A stretch of 64,000 bases of DNA, from NCBI GenBank assembly GCA_002162675.1, contig MAAE01000015.1, positions 34,438 to 98,437 on the forward strand, written 5' to 3'. The notes beneath the pieces are model-generated. The model made no database searches, had not been told where the DNA came from, and was given only the letters and a program-made list of their open reading frames with translations. Shown here one piece after another: positions 23,234-33,857 of this stretch. The stretch is from Colwellia sp. 39_35_sub15_T18 (GTDB lineage Bacteria > Pseudomonadota > Gammaproteobacteria > Enterobacterales > Alteromonadaceae). A program made the translations under genes and the position numbers. Numbering within the stretch: position 1 is the stretch's first letter; the number at the start of each line of letters is the position of its first letter.

Positions 23234-24178
23234 TTAACTTTTATCGAGGTAAAGTTCCATTTGTACATTGCACCTTTCATACGAAGATACTGCCCCATTT
23301 ATATGTTCAAACCCTAATTTACTGTATAAATTCACCGCTGACTCTAAGATACTATTACTTTCAAGATATAAGCGTTTAGCTTTAAGTAACTTAGCTCGTT
23401 CAATAATGCTTTGACCCAATAATAAACCAATACCCTTGCCTTGAACGCTTGGTGATACTGCCATTTTTGCTAACTCACAAGTATCTTTGTCCATTTTTAT
23501 TAATGCACAACAACCAACAGGAACATTATTATACAAGGCTATTAGAATAGTGCCTCCTTGATGCAAAATATAACCTTCAGGATTATCTAATGCTTTATAA
23601 TCTGGTTCTTCTAACTTCCAATACTGACTTATCCATTCAGCGTTTAACGTTTTAAATGCTGCTTGATAAATAGGTGCATAGTCCACAATACGGATACTAT
23701 TTCTTGCGCTTTTATCATCTATCCGAGCACTTAACGTGTGATACCTTAAATGCTGCTGAGTTACCGTTAAAGCTTGCCACAAATCTATACCTGTTTCTTG
23801 TGTCAATTGATTCATCACTAAGTCAACTGCTTTACATTGCTTTTCCATGGCTGGAATCATCAATTTTGCGCGCTCATTTAACTTTATTAAGGTGACACGC
23901 GAATCTTTTGTCGATTTATAGCTGTCAATTAAACCTGCTATTTTCATTTCCTTAATTATTTTACTCACTGAAACATGCGAGTGTTTAATTTCTTTAGCTA
24001 TATTTACAACTGAATCGGATTTTTTAGAAGCTAAAACATAAAAAACAGGAAACCATTTAGGCTCGATGGCAAAGTTAAATGCAGAGTATATTTTTTCTGC
24101 GTCTTGCGAAACTTGATCAGCTAACGCTCTTAAAGCGGTTCCTATTGTGACGTGACCTAACTCATTATATAACTTCAT
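23234..24178 (-). CDS. MarR-type wHTH / GNAT acetyltransferase fusion
   Basis: N-terminal wHTH (IAKEIKHSHVSVSKII, KDSRVTLIKL); C-terminal GNAT (ELAKMAVSPSVQGKGIG, LYLESN). Confidence 0.88.
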   Translation of the reverse strand: MKLYNELGHVTIGTALRALADQVSQDAEKIYSAFNFAIEPKWFPVFYVLASKKSDSVVNIAKEIKHSHVSVSKIIKEMKIAGLIDSYKSTKDSRVTLIKLNERAKLMIPAMEKQCKAVDLVMNQLTQETGIDLWQALTVTQQHLRYHTLSARIDDKSARNSIRIVDYAPIYQAAFKTLNAEWISQYWKLEEPDYKALDNPEGYILHQGGTILIALYNNVPVGCCALIKMDKDTCELAKMAVSPSVQGKGIGLLLGQSIIERAKLLKAKRLYLESNSILESAVNLYSKLGFEHINGAVSSYERCNVQMELYLDKS

Positions 24179-24448
24179 ACTATCAACCTCCGTAACTGAT
24201 TACGGATATATTATCTAATTAATTGCTAGCTTGTCAAAATATTTTTCCTGATATTCTAGCGAAGTTGTAATTATCAGTATCGGGTATATTGATACTCAAT
24301 CATCCATGTTGATTGTTCATTTCAAACATTTAGCGTAATCACGTAATACTTGAATCACCTCACTATTCATCATGCTTTAAGCAACGACAAAAAATAGCAA
24401 ACTGTAATTTTGTAAAAATCATTGATACCTATTAAAAAAGTACCATCC

Positions 24449-24480
24449 AAAAAAAACTGTTACATTTTTCAATGTAACAG
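24449..24480 (-). terminator. Intrinsic terminator of the RND operon
   Basis: Perfect CTGTTACATT-N4-AATGTAACAG inverted repeat with an A-run to its left. Confidence 0.7.
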
Positions 24481-24540
24481 CTTCAAGTCCACTTTCTAGC
24501 CACCGACAATGCGATGGTTTTTGTTATATATAAGCAGTTA

Positions 24541-27500
24541 TTAGCTGCTTTTATTCTCAACAGCCTGACTTCCAAACAGCATTTGCTTAATAAAGTTAAT
24601 TAAGTGTCTAAATATAACCCGAAGATCTTCAATGATCATATACAAGCTGGGAATAAATATTAAAGTCACTATCGTGGCAAATAACACCCCAAATGAGAGT
24701 GACACGGCCATTGGGATAACGATTTGTGCTTGGGCACTGGTTTCAAAAAAGATAATGGGTACTAAACCAATAAAGGTTGTTAGTGAAGTAAGCATAATGG
24801 CTCTAAAACGCTTAGTACCCGCATGCATTACCGCATCTTTTAAACGCTCACCACGCTTTCTCGCATTGTTAACGTAATCTACCATCACTAAGGAGTCATT
24901 CACCACCACACCTGAGGCGGCTAAAATACCCATAATAGATAAAGCGCTTAAATCCATGCCGAGCATAAAGTGCCCCATTACAGCACCAATAACACCAAAC
25001 GGAATAACCACCATAATCATAACGGCTTGTGAGTATGACTTTAATGGAATAGCGAGTAGCGAAAATATCACCATCAAGGAAATAACAAAGTCTCGCAATT
25101 GATCATCGGCACTGTCCATTTCTTCTTGAATACTGCCTGACACTTCACTCTTAACCAGTGGGTATTGTCTTAATAGCTTAGGAATATAGTTGTCACGAAT
25201 ATCTTTAGCCACCTCAAATGGCTCTACTTGTTCCGCGTCGACACTAGCCCAAACATTAATGGTACGGTTACCATTTTCACGGCGAATGCGAGTGACACCA
25301 TCGGTTAAGGTGATATTCGCAAGCTCAGACAAAGGTAATTCAGCGCCGTTTGGCGCTTGAATCATCACATCATCAACATGACCAACACTACTGCGTTGTT
25401 CAAGCGGATAACGTACCATCACTTTGATTTCTTCACTATCACGCAGAATACGTTGTGCCTCTAAACCGTAAAAACTATAACTAACTTGTGAGGCTATTTC
25501 GGCTAATGTTAACCCTAGGCTATGTGCTAAAGGCTTTAATGCTAATTGCACTTCTTTGGCGCTGGTTTGGCGAGAATCATTGACATCTCCCACGCCTTTA
25601 AGTGAATTAAGCTTAGCTTTTAACTCTTTTGCGACTGCCAACAACTGCGCGTCATTTTGACTTTCTAGTCTAAAAGCAACATCACCGTCATCACGGCCAC
25701 CACCAAAAAAGTTATCACTGATGGTGAGTGACTTAACCCCTGGATAATTGGGGATTTCCTTACGCCACATATCAGCTAGTTCGAAAGTATTGATAGCTCT
25801 ATCTTTTGGCACAACCAATTTAACCATGACTTGACCACTAGTACGAGTGCGTAATTCAACCTGCATATCCGCAATCATGCTATTGCCATATTGTTCTTCA
25901 ATGTCTTTATCTACTTTATAGAGAATACGTTCAATATTCAGTAAGGTTGCTAGTGTGGCCTTTTCTGACGCATCAACATTCATATCAATAGTAATACGAG
26001 GAAAATCATGCGGTATTTTAGGTTGGCCAATAAAACGTACAAAGCCACCGCCATACAAACCAGCACTTAATAGCATTAAGCTGATAAAAAACATCAATAC
26101 CGCGTAACGGTATTCCAAACAACGCGATAACATTGGACGGTAACTATTGGCAATAAAGCCTTTTAACCAAATATCAATCCAGCGACGAAGTCGATCCAGC
26201 GGGTTTTTCGGGTTAAATTTCTTTACTTTCATTTTGACTAAATGAGCTGGCAATATAAGTTTTGACTCAATTAAGGAGAAAATCAAACATAAAACCACGA
26301 CCGCGCCAATAGCTTTACCAAAGGCTGATGAAGGGCCTTCACCAAAGAGAAACGGGACAAACACCGCAATAGTGGTTAATACCCCAAAGGTTGCTGGCAT
26401 AGCCACCCGTTTAACACCGCGAATAACATTGTCTGTGGTATGGCCGTGCTCTTCTATTTCATCATGAGCACTTTCCCCCATCACAATCGCGTCATCAACA
26501 ACGATACCCAGCACTAAAATAAAAGCGAAAAGGCTGATAACATTAATGGTGACATCAACAAATTCCATCGGCATAACTAATAGCGTGCCTAAGAAACAAA
26601 CAGGTAAGCCCATCATTACCCAAAAGGCTAAACGAACACGTAAAAACAGTGCCAGCATTAAAAAGACTAAAATGGCACCACTTTTCATGTTGTCTACCAT
26701 CATGTTTAGGCGGCCTTCGAGGTAATAGGTCATATCAACCCATTTCTCTAATTTTACGCCCTGTGGCAATACGTCTGCTTTATCTTTTACATAAGCCTTA
26801 ACCACTTGTGCAACATCGGTAATGCTTTGATTATCAGCTGCACCAATAAAGAAAGTCACCGAGTTTTTACCGTTAAACTTAGAATATTGCAGACCCTCTT
26901 CAAAACCATCAACAATCGTAGCAATATCACCGAGTAAAACCTTGCTGCCATCTTCTAGGGTGATAACGGGAATTTGCTCAAACTCATGACCACGATAAGC
27001 TTGGTTTTCTACCCGTAAATTAATATAGCCATTTTCAGCGCGAATTTGCCCTGCCGACATATTACGAGAATAACTGCGCACGGCATTGGCAACATCGTTA
27101 AAACTTAAACCGTACTCCCTCAGCTTGTCTTTACTCACTTCCACCGAAATTTCATAGCCTAAACCGCTATAAAACTCTGAGACATTAATGCTAGGGAGCT
27201 GTTGAATTTCATCATGAATTTTTCGGCCTAACTCTTTTAATTCCGCATTAGTTAAGTCACCGTATAGGCTGATATACATAACTTCCTGAGTGAACTTTTC
27301 ACGCTCCACTTTAATGCGTTCCATACCATCTGGAAAGCTAGAGATAGAGTCTATAGCTGACTTTACTTCTTCAAGCACAACCTGAGGATCGTAATCTAAT
27401 TCAACTTCAAACCAACCATTTGAATAACCCCGATTAGAATAAGTGATCACGCGTTTAAGGCCTTGCACCGTTTCTAATGCTTCTTCGATCTTAATGGTGA

Positions 27501-27825
27501 TACCTTCTTCCACTTCTTGTGGTGCAGACCCCGGATAAGGGGCAACATAAGATATCCAATTAATTTTAACTTGCGGAAACATTTGTTTATCAATAGTTTG
27601 TATGGTGAGAAAACCACCAAGTAAAATGAAAACCATTAATAAGTTAGCGGCAATAGAATTACGGGCGAACCAAGCAATTATGCCCTTATTAGTATCAATA
27701 GTGGTGTCAATAGTAGTATCAATTGAAGCATCGACAAGCTTTTCTTCAGCTGCTGCCTTCTCATCATTATCACTGTTGTTAATATTATTATTTTTATCAT
27801 TTTCTTTATTAAGAAAGGAGCTCAT
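24541..27825 (-). CDS. RND efflux transporter permease subunit
   Basis: WFARNSIAANLLM, GIVVDDAIV, GVVVNDSLV, RFRAIMLTSLTT. Confidence 0.93.
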   Translation of the reverse strand: MSSFLNKENDKNNNINNSDNDEKAAAEEKLVDASIDTTIDTTIDTNKGIIAWFARNSIAANLLMVFILLGGFLTIQTIDKQMFPQVKINWISYVAPYPGSAPQEVEEGITIKIEEALETVQGLKRVITYSNRGYSNGWFEVELDYDPQVVLEEVKSAIDSISSFPDGMERIKVEREKFTQEVMYISLYGDLTNAELKELGRKIHDEIQQLPSINVSEFYSGLGYEISVEVSKDKLREYGLSFNDVANAVRSYSRNMSAGQIRAENGYINLRVENQAYRGHEFEQIPVITLEDGSKVLLGDIATIVDGFEEGLQYSKFNGKNSVTFFIGAADNQSITDVAQVVKAYVKDKADVLPQGVKLEKWVDMTYYLEGRLNMMVDNMKSGAILVFLMLALFLRVRLAFWVMMGLPVCFLGTLLVMPMEFVDVTINVISLFAFILVLGIVVDDAIVMGESAHDEIEEHGHTTDNVIRGVKRVAMPATFGVLTTIAVFVPFLFGEGPSSAFGKAIGAVVVLCLIFSLIESKLILPAHLVKMKVKKFNPKNPLDRLRRWIDIWLKGFIANSYRPMLSRCLEYRYAVLMFFISLMLLSAGLYGGGFVRFIGQPKIPHDFPRITIDMNVDASEKATLATLLNIERILYKVDKDIEEQYGNSMIADMQVELRTRTSGQVMVKLVVPKDRAINTFELADMWRKEIPNYPGVKSLTISDNFFGGGRDDGDVAFRLESQNDAQLLAVAKELKAKLNSLKGVGDVNDSRQTSAKEVQLALKPLAHSLGLTLAEIASQVSYSFYGLEAQRILRDSEEIKVMVRYPLEQRSSVGHVDDVMIQAPNGAELPLSELANITLTDGVTRIRRENGNRTINVWASVDAEQVEPFEVAKDIRDNYIPKLLRQYPLVKSEVSGSIQEEMDSADDQLRDFVISLMVIFSLLAIPLKSYSQAVMIMVVIPFGVIGAVMGHFMLGMDLSALSIMGILAASGVVVNDSLVMVDYVNNARKRGERLKDAVMHAGTKRFRAIMLTSLTTFIGLVPIIFFETSAQAQIVIPMAVSLSFGVLFATIVTLIFIPSLYMIIEDLRVIFRHLINFIKQMLFGSQAVENKSS

Positions 27826-27827
27826 AA

Positions 27828-29060
27828 TTATTCTCCCTTATTATCATTACTAGCAACTTGCGTATCTTCACTGTCATTGCTTTTTTCTTGGCTTTCGTTC
27901 TGGTTTTCTTTTGACTCAGCTGCCTCTACATCACTAGCTAACGCTAATTTCATCCCATTTACCGGGTAATCTAAAGCTGAAATAATTAATTGATCACCAT
28001 CAAGCAAGCCACTGGCAACAATAACATTAGCCCCTTGTTGGCGCACAATTTCAATAGCGGCGTAATTAAGTTTTGATTCTCCATTTAAAATGGCAACAGT
28101 ATCATTAACGACAAGGTAGCGAGGGATCATGCTGGCATTGGCAAGTTGTTGACCAATAATTTCGGCGTTAACATAAGTGCCAAACCTTAATGGCACGCTA
28201 TCGCTTTTTGAGGAAATTTGGTAAGGGTCTTGAATTTCCGCCACTAAATAACTCATGCGACTTTTTGCATCTATCACCCCTTCACTACGGGCAATATTTG
28301 CTTGCCATTGCACGGTACGACCCGCATAAGCGCCATTAAGGCTAACATTTGCTTGTTCACCTTGATTATTTAAAAACTGCAATTGATTATCTGCCACAGG
28401 TAAACGTATTTCAGCAACCGCAGTACCTAATAATTTACCTAATTGTGTACCTGTACTGACAAACGAGCCTAGCCCTATCATTCTGCTTTCAATAATCGCA
28501 TCATAAGGCGCTCTAATTTCAGTACGTTGCAAATTACGCTCAGCTCTAAGTACAGAGGCTTGCGCCGCTTTGACACGAGCAAGCTCTTGGGCTAATTGAG
28601 GCTTACGCAAACTTAGCTCGGTAGGTGATGAATCAGTGATCTGTTTCCACTCTCGCTCTGCCACTTTGCCTTGAGCAACTTCTTGCTCTAAAGCCGATCG
28701 CGCCGAAGCCATATTGGCTTGCGCATCAATCAAGGCGGCGTGATAATCATTGGGATCAATACGAGCCAATAATTGCCCTTTTTTCACTAAACCACCGCGT
28801 ACAAAAATATCATTCAATTCAACAATTTCACCATTAACTTGTGCCACTAACATGGTTTCATATTTAGGTTTCACCACACCATACGAGTCAACATGTAACG
28901 TCATCGGTGCCACGACAATTTTTTTAACCGCCACCATAGGAGTAGTATCTACTGCTTCTTTCTCTTCAGGCGGCTTTTTCATACTAGAAAAGCCAACTAA
29001 AGCAATGATGCCAACTGTTAAAATGACAATGGGTAATATAATTTGTTTTTTGCGAGCCAC
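27828..29060 (-). CDS. RND efflux periplasmic adaptor (MFP)
   Basis: N-terminal TM, lipoyl half-motifs (VKKGQLLARID, IRAPYDA), coiled coil; 2 nt upstream of the permease start. Confidence 0.9.
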   Translation of the reverse strand: MARKKQIILPIVILTVGIIALVGFSSMKKPPEEKEAVDTTPMVAVKKIVVAPMTLHVDSYGVVKPKYETMLVAQVNGEIVELNDIFVRGGLVKKGQLLARIDPNDYHAALIDAQANMASARSALEQEVAQGKVAEREWKQITDSSPTELSLRKPQLAQELARVKAAQASVLRAERNLQRTEIRAPYDAIIESRMIGLGSFVSTGTQLGKLLGTAVAEIRLPVADNQLQFLNNQGEQANVSLNGAYAGRTVQWQANIARSEGVIDAKSRMSYLVAEIQDPYQISSKSDSVPLRFGTYVNAEIIGQQLANASMIPRYLVVNDTVAILNGESKLNYAAIEIVRQQGANVIVASGLLDGDQLIISALDYPVNGMKLALASDVEAAESKENQNESQEKSNDSEDTQVASNDNKGE

Positions 29061-29454
29061 TGTTTTATCCCTTTTGAATTCAAGTGATGTGTCACACCAA
29101 TTGAATTAATATTATTTTCAGAAACAGATGATTGAAGTCAATCACCACATTTTTTATGTGGTAAATCATAACGAATAAGTCATCACGAAATACTACAAAG
29201 TTGTAACTGTGTATTTCAAAATGTGCGCCTATTTGTAAAAAACACTAAAAAAACTCATAAATTACATTTTTTTACTTTAATATCAAGCAGGTACATAAAA
29301 TGTTTTTATAACTGTTTTTTAGCTTAAATTATCATAGACTGAACTATTGAATAAGCTGTTAGTTTATTTCACCATTATTTAAACTTTTCCAAAATTAAAG
29401 TTGGCAAATTAACCACTTATTTATCTAAATTGAAAAGATCACCAAGGAGATACC

Positions 29455-29919
29455 ATGCTCGATAAAATTAGTACCTTTTTTAACACCTTGCTAGCTCATG
29501 AGCCTAATGAAAAGAATGCAGAACTCTCTTTAGAGATTGCTTGTGCCGTTTTGCTTTGTGAAGTAATGCGTGCCGATAGCGTTTTTACCGAAGCAGAGCA
29601 AGCGCAATTGAGCGCCATTTTAACTACACAATTTGCTCTTGATGCTCAAGAAGTTAGCGCCATTTTAGCGCAAGCATTTGAATTGAGTGACAACGCTAAT
29701 GATTTTTACCAATTTACTTCTAAACTCAATCAACATTATTCGCTAGATGAGCGTATTAAAATCGTCACTTTATTATGGCAAGTGGCTTATGCGGACGGAG
29801 AGTTAGCCAGCATTGAAGAGCATATTATTAGAAAAATTGCCGACTTGCTCCACCTGCGCCATAGTGAATATATAGCGACAAAAATTGCTGCCGAAGCGTT
29901 AAAAAATCAGTTATCATAG
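29455..29919 (+). CDS. TerB-family (tellurite-resistance-like) protein
   Basis: ACAVLLCEVMRAD, LWQVAYADGEL..IEEHIIRKIADLL. Confidence 0.85.
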   Translation: MLDKISTFFNTLLAHEPNEKNAELSLEIACAVLLCEVMRADSVFTEAEQAQLSAILTTQFALDAQEVSAILAQAFELSDNANDFYQFTSKLNQHYSLDERIKIVTLLWQVAYADGELASIEEHIIRKIADLLHLRHSEYIATKIAAEALKNQLS

Positions 29920-29954
29920 CAAGTTGAATTCACCCTCTAATCTCAGGCAATTTT

Positions 29955-30797
29955 ATGTCGCAAGTCAACGCCAATATTGGCAAATATAACACCCTAAACA
30001 TTATCGCGGTAACCGATAATGGCGCTTACCTTGACGGCGGTGATTTAGGTGAAATTTTATTGCCTAATCGCTTTCTCCCAGGTGATAGTAAAATAGGCGA
30101 AAGTATTGAGGTTTTTCTCTATACAGACTCTGCCGACAGACTGGTTGCCACCACTGAAAAAGTTTTAGGTCAGGTCGGTGAGTTTGTGTCATTAAAAGTG
30201 GCGCAAGTAAATAAAATGGGCGCTTTTTTAGATTGGGGCTTACCGAAAGATTTACTGGTTCCTTATAACCAGCAGCACACAGCAATGGAAGTGGGTAAAT
30301 ATTATTTAGTGCGTATTTTTCTTGATCAACGTACTGAACGGGTGGCGGCATCAAGCAAGCTTGATAAATTTATCGATGTTTGGCCTGCTGAATATCAGCA
30401 AGGTGATAAGGTAAAATTAATAATTGGTGGCAAAACCGATTTAGGTTTTAAAGCCATAGTGAACGATTTACATTGGGGTTTACTATACGATAATGAAATT
30501 TTTCAACCATTACGCATCGGTAAAAAAATTGATGGTTATATCAAACAAGTGCGTGAAGATGGCCGCTTAGATTTGCTTTTAACGCGCGGCAGCAAAAACA
30601 CAGTTAATAGCTTTGCTGACAAGTTGCTCGATAATTTACAAAAAAATAATGGTTTTCTGCCATTGCATGACAAAAGTGCGCCAGAATTAATTCAAAGAAC
30701 GTTAGGGGTAAGTAAAAAAACCTTTAAAGCAACGGTGGGTAACTTACTGAAAAATGGTAAGTTGAGCATTGAAAAAGATGGTATTAGACTGAAGTAG
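29955..30797 (+). CDS. cvfB: CvfB/YitL-like S1-domain RNA-binding protein
   Basis: GAYLDGG...ILLP, GAFLDWGLPKDLLVP, C-terminal wHTH SKKTFKATVGNL. Confidence 0.85.
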   Translation: MSQVNANIGKYNTLNIIAVTDNGAYLDGGDLGEILLPNRFLPGDSKIGESIEVFLYTDSADRLVATTEKVLGQVGEFVSLKVAQVNKMGAFLDWGLPKDLLVPYNQQHTAMEVGKYYLVRIFLDQRTERVAASSKLDKFIDVWPAEYQQGDKVKLIIGGKTDLGFKAIVNDLHWGLLYDNEIFQPLRIGKKIDGYIKQVREDGRLDLLLTRGSKNTVNSFADKLLDNLQKNNGFLPLHDKSAPELIQRTLGVSKKTFKATVGNLLKNGKLSIEKDGIRLK

Positions 30798-30856
30798 TCA
30801 ATCCCTTTAACTACTTCATTTATAAGCGTGGCTATATTAGCGCAGATTAGCGCAGA

Positions 30857-30979
30857 TTAGCGCAACATAGTATACCAACCCATGAGCATAGGTAACAAAG
30901 GAAAGGCGAACATGGCAAGTATAACTGATAAAATCAGACCTGCGCCTGTGCTATCTTTAAAATCTTCATCGTGTGACAT
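30857..30979 (-). CDS. Small single-TM protein, 40 aa, not in ORF track
   Basis: MSHDEDFKDSTGAGLILSVILAMFAFPLLPMLMGWYTMLR*; AGGAAG 8 nt upstream. Confidence 0.6.
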   Translation of the reverse strand: MSHDEDFKDSTGAGLILSVILAMFAFPLLPMLMGWYTMLR

Positions 30980-31395
30980 CTTTACAGCTTCCTAAAAGGG
31001 TAAAAAACGCGTTTATTTTAGCGAGTAATGATATCAAAGCATAGTTTTTTATTGATCTATATCAAGTATAAATACCAGTTATAATGATAATAGCTTTAAC
31101 CCCCCCCCTGAGGGGGGATTAAAGGTGACTGAAGTCTGGAGTTTTTTAAACGCCTATAAATCAGCTTATGCGCAGGCTTTCAATCAGGAAAACCTGCTAT
31201 TAGCTTAGTTAACTTATCATTGTGCTAGGTTATATTCTCCAAGCAAAGAACGACTCAATCGGCTCTGTATTTTTAAGAAATCAAGTATTTTAGAACTAGC
31301 AAGTTGTATAAGTTTTGCTTTTTACAAACATTCACAAAATAAATCTTCTCTATTATTATTTTAAATACAAGCGGTATTTATATTACATTTCGACC

Positions 31396-31430
31396 AACAG
31401 ATCAGACCACATCAACTGGCTTTACCAGTT
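31396..31430. promoter_or_regulatory. Two tandem FadR-like operators upstream of the lipase
   Basis: AACAGATCAGACCACAT (12/16) and AACTGGCTTTACCAGTT (13/16) against AACTGGTCnGACCAGTT, 1 bp apart. Confidence 0.6.
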
Positions 31431-31701
31431 AGAACCATTAAGAGTAAACAATCAAAAAAAACCACTAACCCTTTGAATAAAAAATAAAAATAAAAACTCA
31501 CTCAGATAAACCTCCCCCGAAACTAAGGGTAAAAAATAAAGCTTAATATTTTTATCCTTTTTTTGTAATAAAACATATTTTCTTGGCGGTTTAAGAAAAG
31601 TGACCCCTTGCACAAAATAAGTTGTTGGGATAATAATCAATGCAGCGGTTCTAGCCGTAATAATATCTATAAATAAAAACAATAAATAAAAAACAATAAG
31701 A

Positions 31702-32649
31702 GTGAATATTATGAAAATAGTTATGAAAGTATGGTTATACGTAGCCTTAGTATTGTTAGTTAACTTATACACGCCGTCATCGGCTCAAGCACAAGCGACA
31801 AAATACCCAGTCGTGTTAGTCCATGGTTTTCTGGGGTTTGACGATATACTCGGTATTGATTATTTTTACCGTATCCCCAACACCCTAAGACGACAAGGTA
31901 CAGAAGTTTTTGTTGCGCAAGTTTCAGCGTTTAATTCAACAGAGCTACGCGGTGAGCAACTTCGCACATACGTGCAAGCAGTACTAGCACAAACAGGTGC
32001 AGAAAAAGTTAATCTAATCGGCCATAGTCATGGCAGCCCAACCTCTCGTTATGTTGCCAGCTTAAACCCAGAAATGGTTGCTTCAGTAACGTCAGTCGGT
32101 GGTGTTAATTGGGGTAGCCGTCTTGCTGATGTATTACGCGGTGCAGTACCCGTTGATTCATGGACTGAGAGCCTAGTAAGTAATGGCTTTGATGCTTTAG
32201 GGGTAGTCATTAATTTTGCTTCTGGTGGTGAAGATTATCCTATTGATGGCTTAGCGATGGCTCATTCGTTAACAACAGCTGGCACAATTGAATTTAATCA
32301 AACCTATCCAGAAGGTGTGCCAGAATATTACTGTGGTGAAGGTGAAGAAGTTGCTAGTAATGGCGTCCGCTATTATTCATGGTCTGGTGGTAGTCCAACA
32401 ACTAATATCTTCGATGTCTCTGATATTGCCTTGGGTTTAACAAGTCTTGCTTTTAATGACTCAAATGAGGCAAATGACGGCGCGGTATCTATATGCAGCT
32501 CGCATTTAGGTAAAGTAATTAAAGACGATTATAAAATGAATCACCTTGACGAAATGAATCACCTATTCGGTTTGGTGAGCTGGTGGGAAACTAATCCAGA
32601 AACACTATACAGAAATCATGTCAATGATTTAGCCAGTATGGGCTTATAA
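31702..32649 (+). CDS. Secreted triacylglycerol lipase (family I, foldase-dependent)
   Basis: YPVVLVHGFLGF, GHSHG nucleophile elbow, NDGAV, MNHLDEMNH; true start may be ATG 31711 or 31723. Confidence 0.92.
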   Translation: MNIMKIVMKVWLYVALVLLVNLYTPSSAQAQATKYPVVLVHGFLGFDDILGIDYFYRIPNTLRRQGTEVFVAQVSAFNSTELRGEQLRTYVQAVLAQTGAEKVNLIGHSHGSPTSRYVASLNPEMVASVTSVGGVNWGSRLADVLRGAVPVDSWTESLVSNGFDALGVVINFASGGEDYPIDGLAMAHSLTTAGTIEFNQTYPEGVPEYYCGEGEEVASNGVRYYSWSGGSPTTNIFDVSDIALGLTSLAFNDSNEANDGAVSICSSHLGKVIKDDYKMNHLDEMNHLFGLVSWWETNPETLYRNHVNDLASMGL

Positions 32650-32767
32650 AAAAGTGACTATCAATAAACCGTGTTGATTTCTACAGCTTATATTTTGATA
32701 GCTTTTGTATAGTTTTTAATAGTTCAGATCAGTGTTTGTTGACCATTATCAACAAATATTCGACAAC

Positions 32768-32796
32768 AGCATGAGTATAGTGACTATGCTCATGCT
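32768..32796. other. 13-bp-stem hairpin between lipase and foldase
   Basis: AGCATGAGTATAG-TGA-CTATGCTCATGCT with one G.U pair and no U-tract. Confidence 0.7.
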
Positions 32797-32875
32797 AGCT
32801 TAAATATTAAAGGCACTATCATACGCGATAACATATCTGCTAAAAACCAACACACAGCCAATAAAAGCTAATCGT

Positions 32876-33841
32876 TTGGATTATATTGTGATAAAAAAAT
32901 ATCTCTTTATCGTGAGTGTACTCGCGATAATAGCGCTAGGGTTATATTTTCAATTACCTAGCCTTAACACCAGCAACGATGATAGTGCGAATAGTAATAT
33001 GTCATCAGCTCAGCAAAATATGCCAATTAAAAAGCAAGAAATTGTTAATAACAATAAACACAACGAGGCGACTAATTGGCGCTTAGCATCGCTACTGCCC
33101 TTACAGCTCAACATACAGCTGAGATGGGCATTTGACGATATAATACAAAAACATCTAGACACTGAGCAACCGATAAACGTATTGCTGAATGAATTGATAA
33201 AAGAGTTAAAATTATCAGCATTAGAAAAAGGTTATTTACTTGATTTATTTAGCCGTTATCGTGCCTATAAAGTATCACTGGCAGATATTAAAAAAGCTGG
33301 CCCTGATATTACCCAACACATTGATTTTGAAGAAACGCTGTCATTTATTAATTTAGCGCATGAACGGCAACTTGACTATTTCAACCAAGTAGAAATAGAC
33401 GTTTTTTTCGCCCAAGACAATAAATACGATAAACAAGCATTAGCTAGGCTTGCTATTCAGCAAGATGAAAGTTTATCTGTTGAAGCGAAGCAGGCGCTTA
33501 TTTTACATCAAATTAACCAAATGGATGAGGAAGATAGAGACGTTTATTTGCCAAGCTTAGAAGCGGCCAATATTGCTGATTATATTTCTGGTAAAACTGA
33601 AAACATACCTGTGCAGAGTGCCGCCATAAATGAACGTATTGAAAAAGTCAAACAAAGCGAAAGTCACTGGAAATCACGCGTTAAGGGGTATCAAGCTTTT
33701 TTGTCGACTAACCAACAAGCAGAGTTATCTGTACCCGATAAACAACTGGCATTAGCAGCTTATAGACAGGAAAACTTCTCGAAAAATGAGTTAAAACGTT
33801 TGCAGGTTTTCATTAAAAACCCAGAATTGTTGGCAGATTAA
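32876..33841 (+). CDS. Lipase-specific foldase (lipase secretion chaperone)
   Basis: N-terminal TM, R..FD motif (LRWAFDD), LFSRYRAYK, mostly helical; follows the lipase gene. Confidence 0.8.
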   Translation: MDYIVIKKYLFIVSVLAIIALGLYFQLPSLNTSNDDSANSNMSSAQQNMPIKKQEIVNNNKHNEATNWRLASLLPLQLNIQLRWAFDDIIQKHLDTEQPINVLLNELIKELKLSALEKGYLLDLFSRYRAYKVSLADIKKAGPDITQHIDFEETLSFINLAHERQLDYFNQVEIDVFFAQDNKYDKQALARLAIQQDESLSVEAKQALILHQINQMDEEDRDVYLPSLEAANIADYISGKTENIPVQSAAINERIEKVKQSESHWKSRVKGYQAFLSTNQQAELSVPDKQLALAAYRQENFSKNELKRLQVFIKNPELLAD

Positions 33842-33857
33842 TACCTTAGTGCCTTGC

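Noticed and set aside
31452-31772. 106-aa minus-strand ORF upstream of the lipase
   Set aside because: Low-complexity F/I/L translation of AT-rich promoter DNA; overlaps the lipase start.
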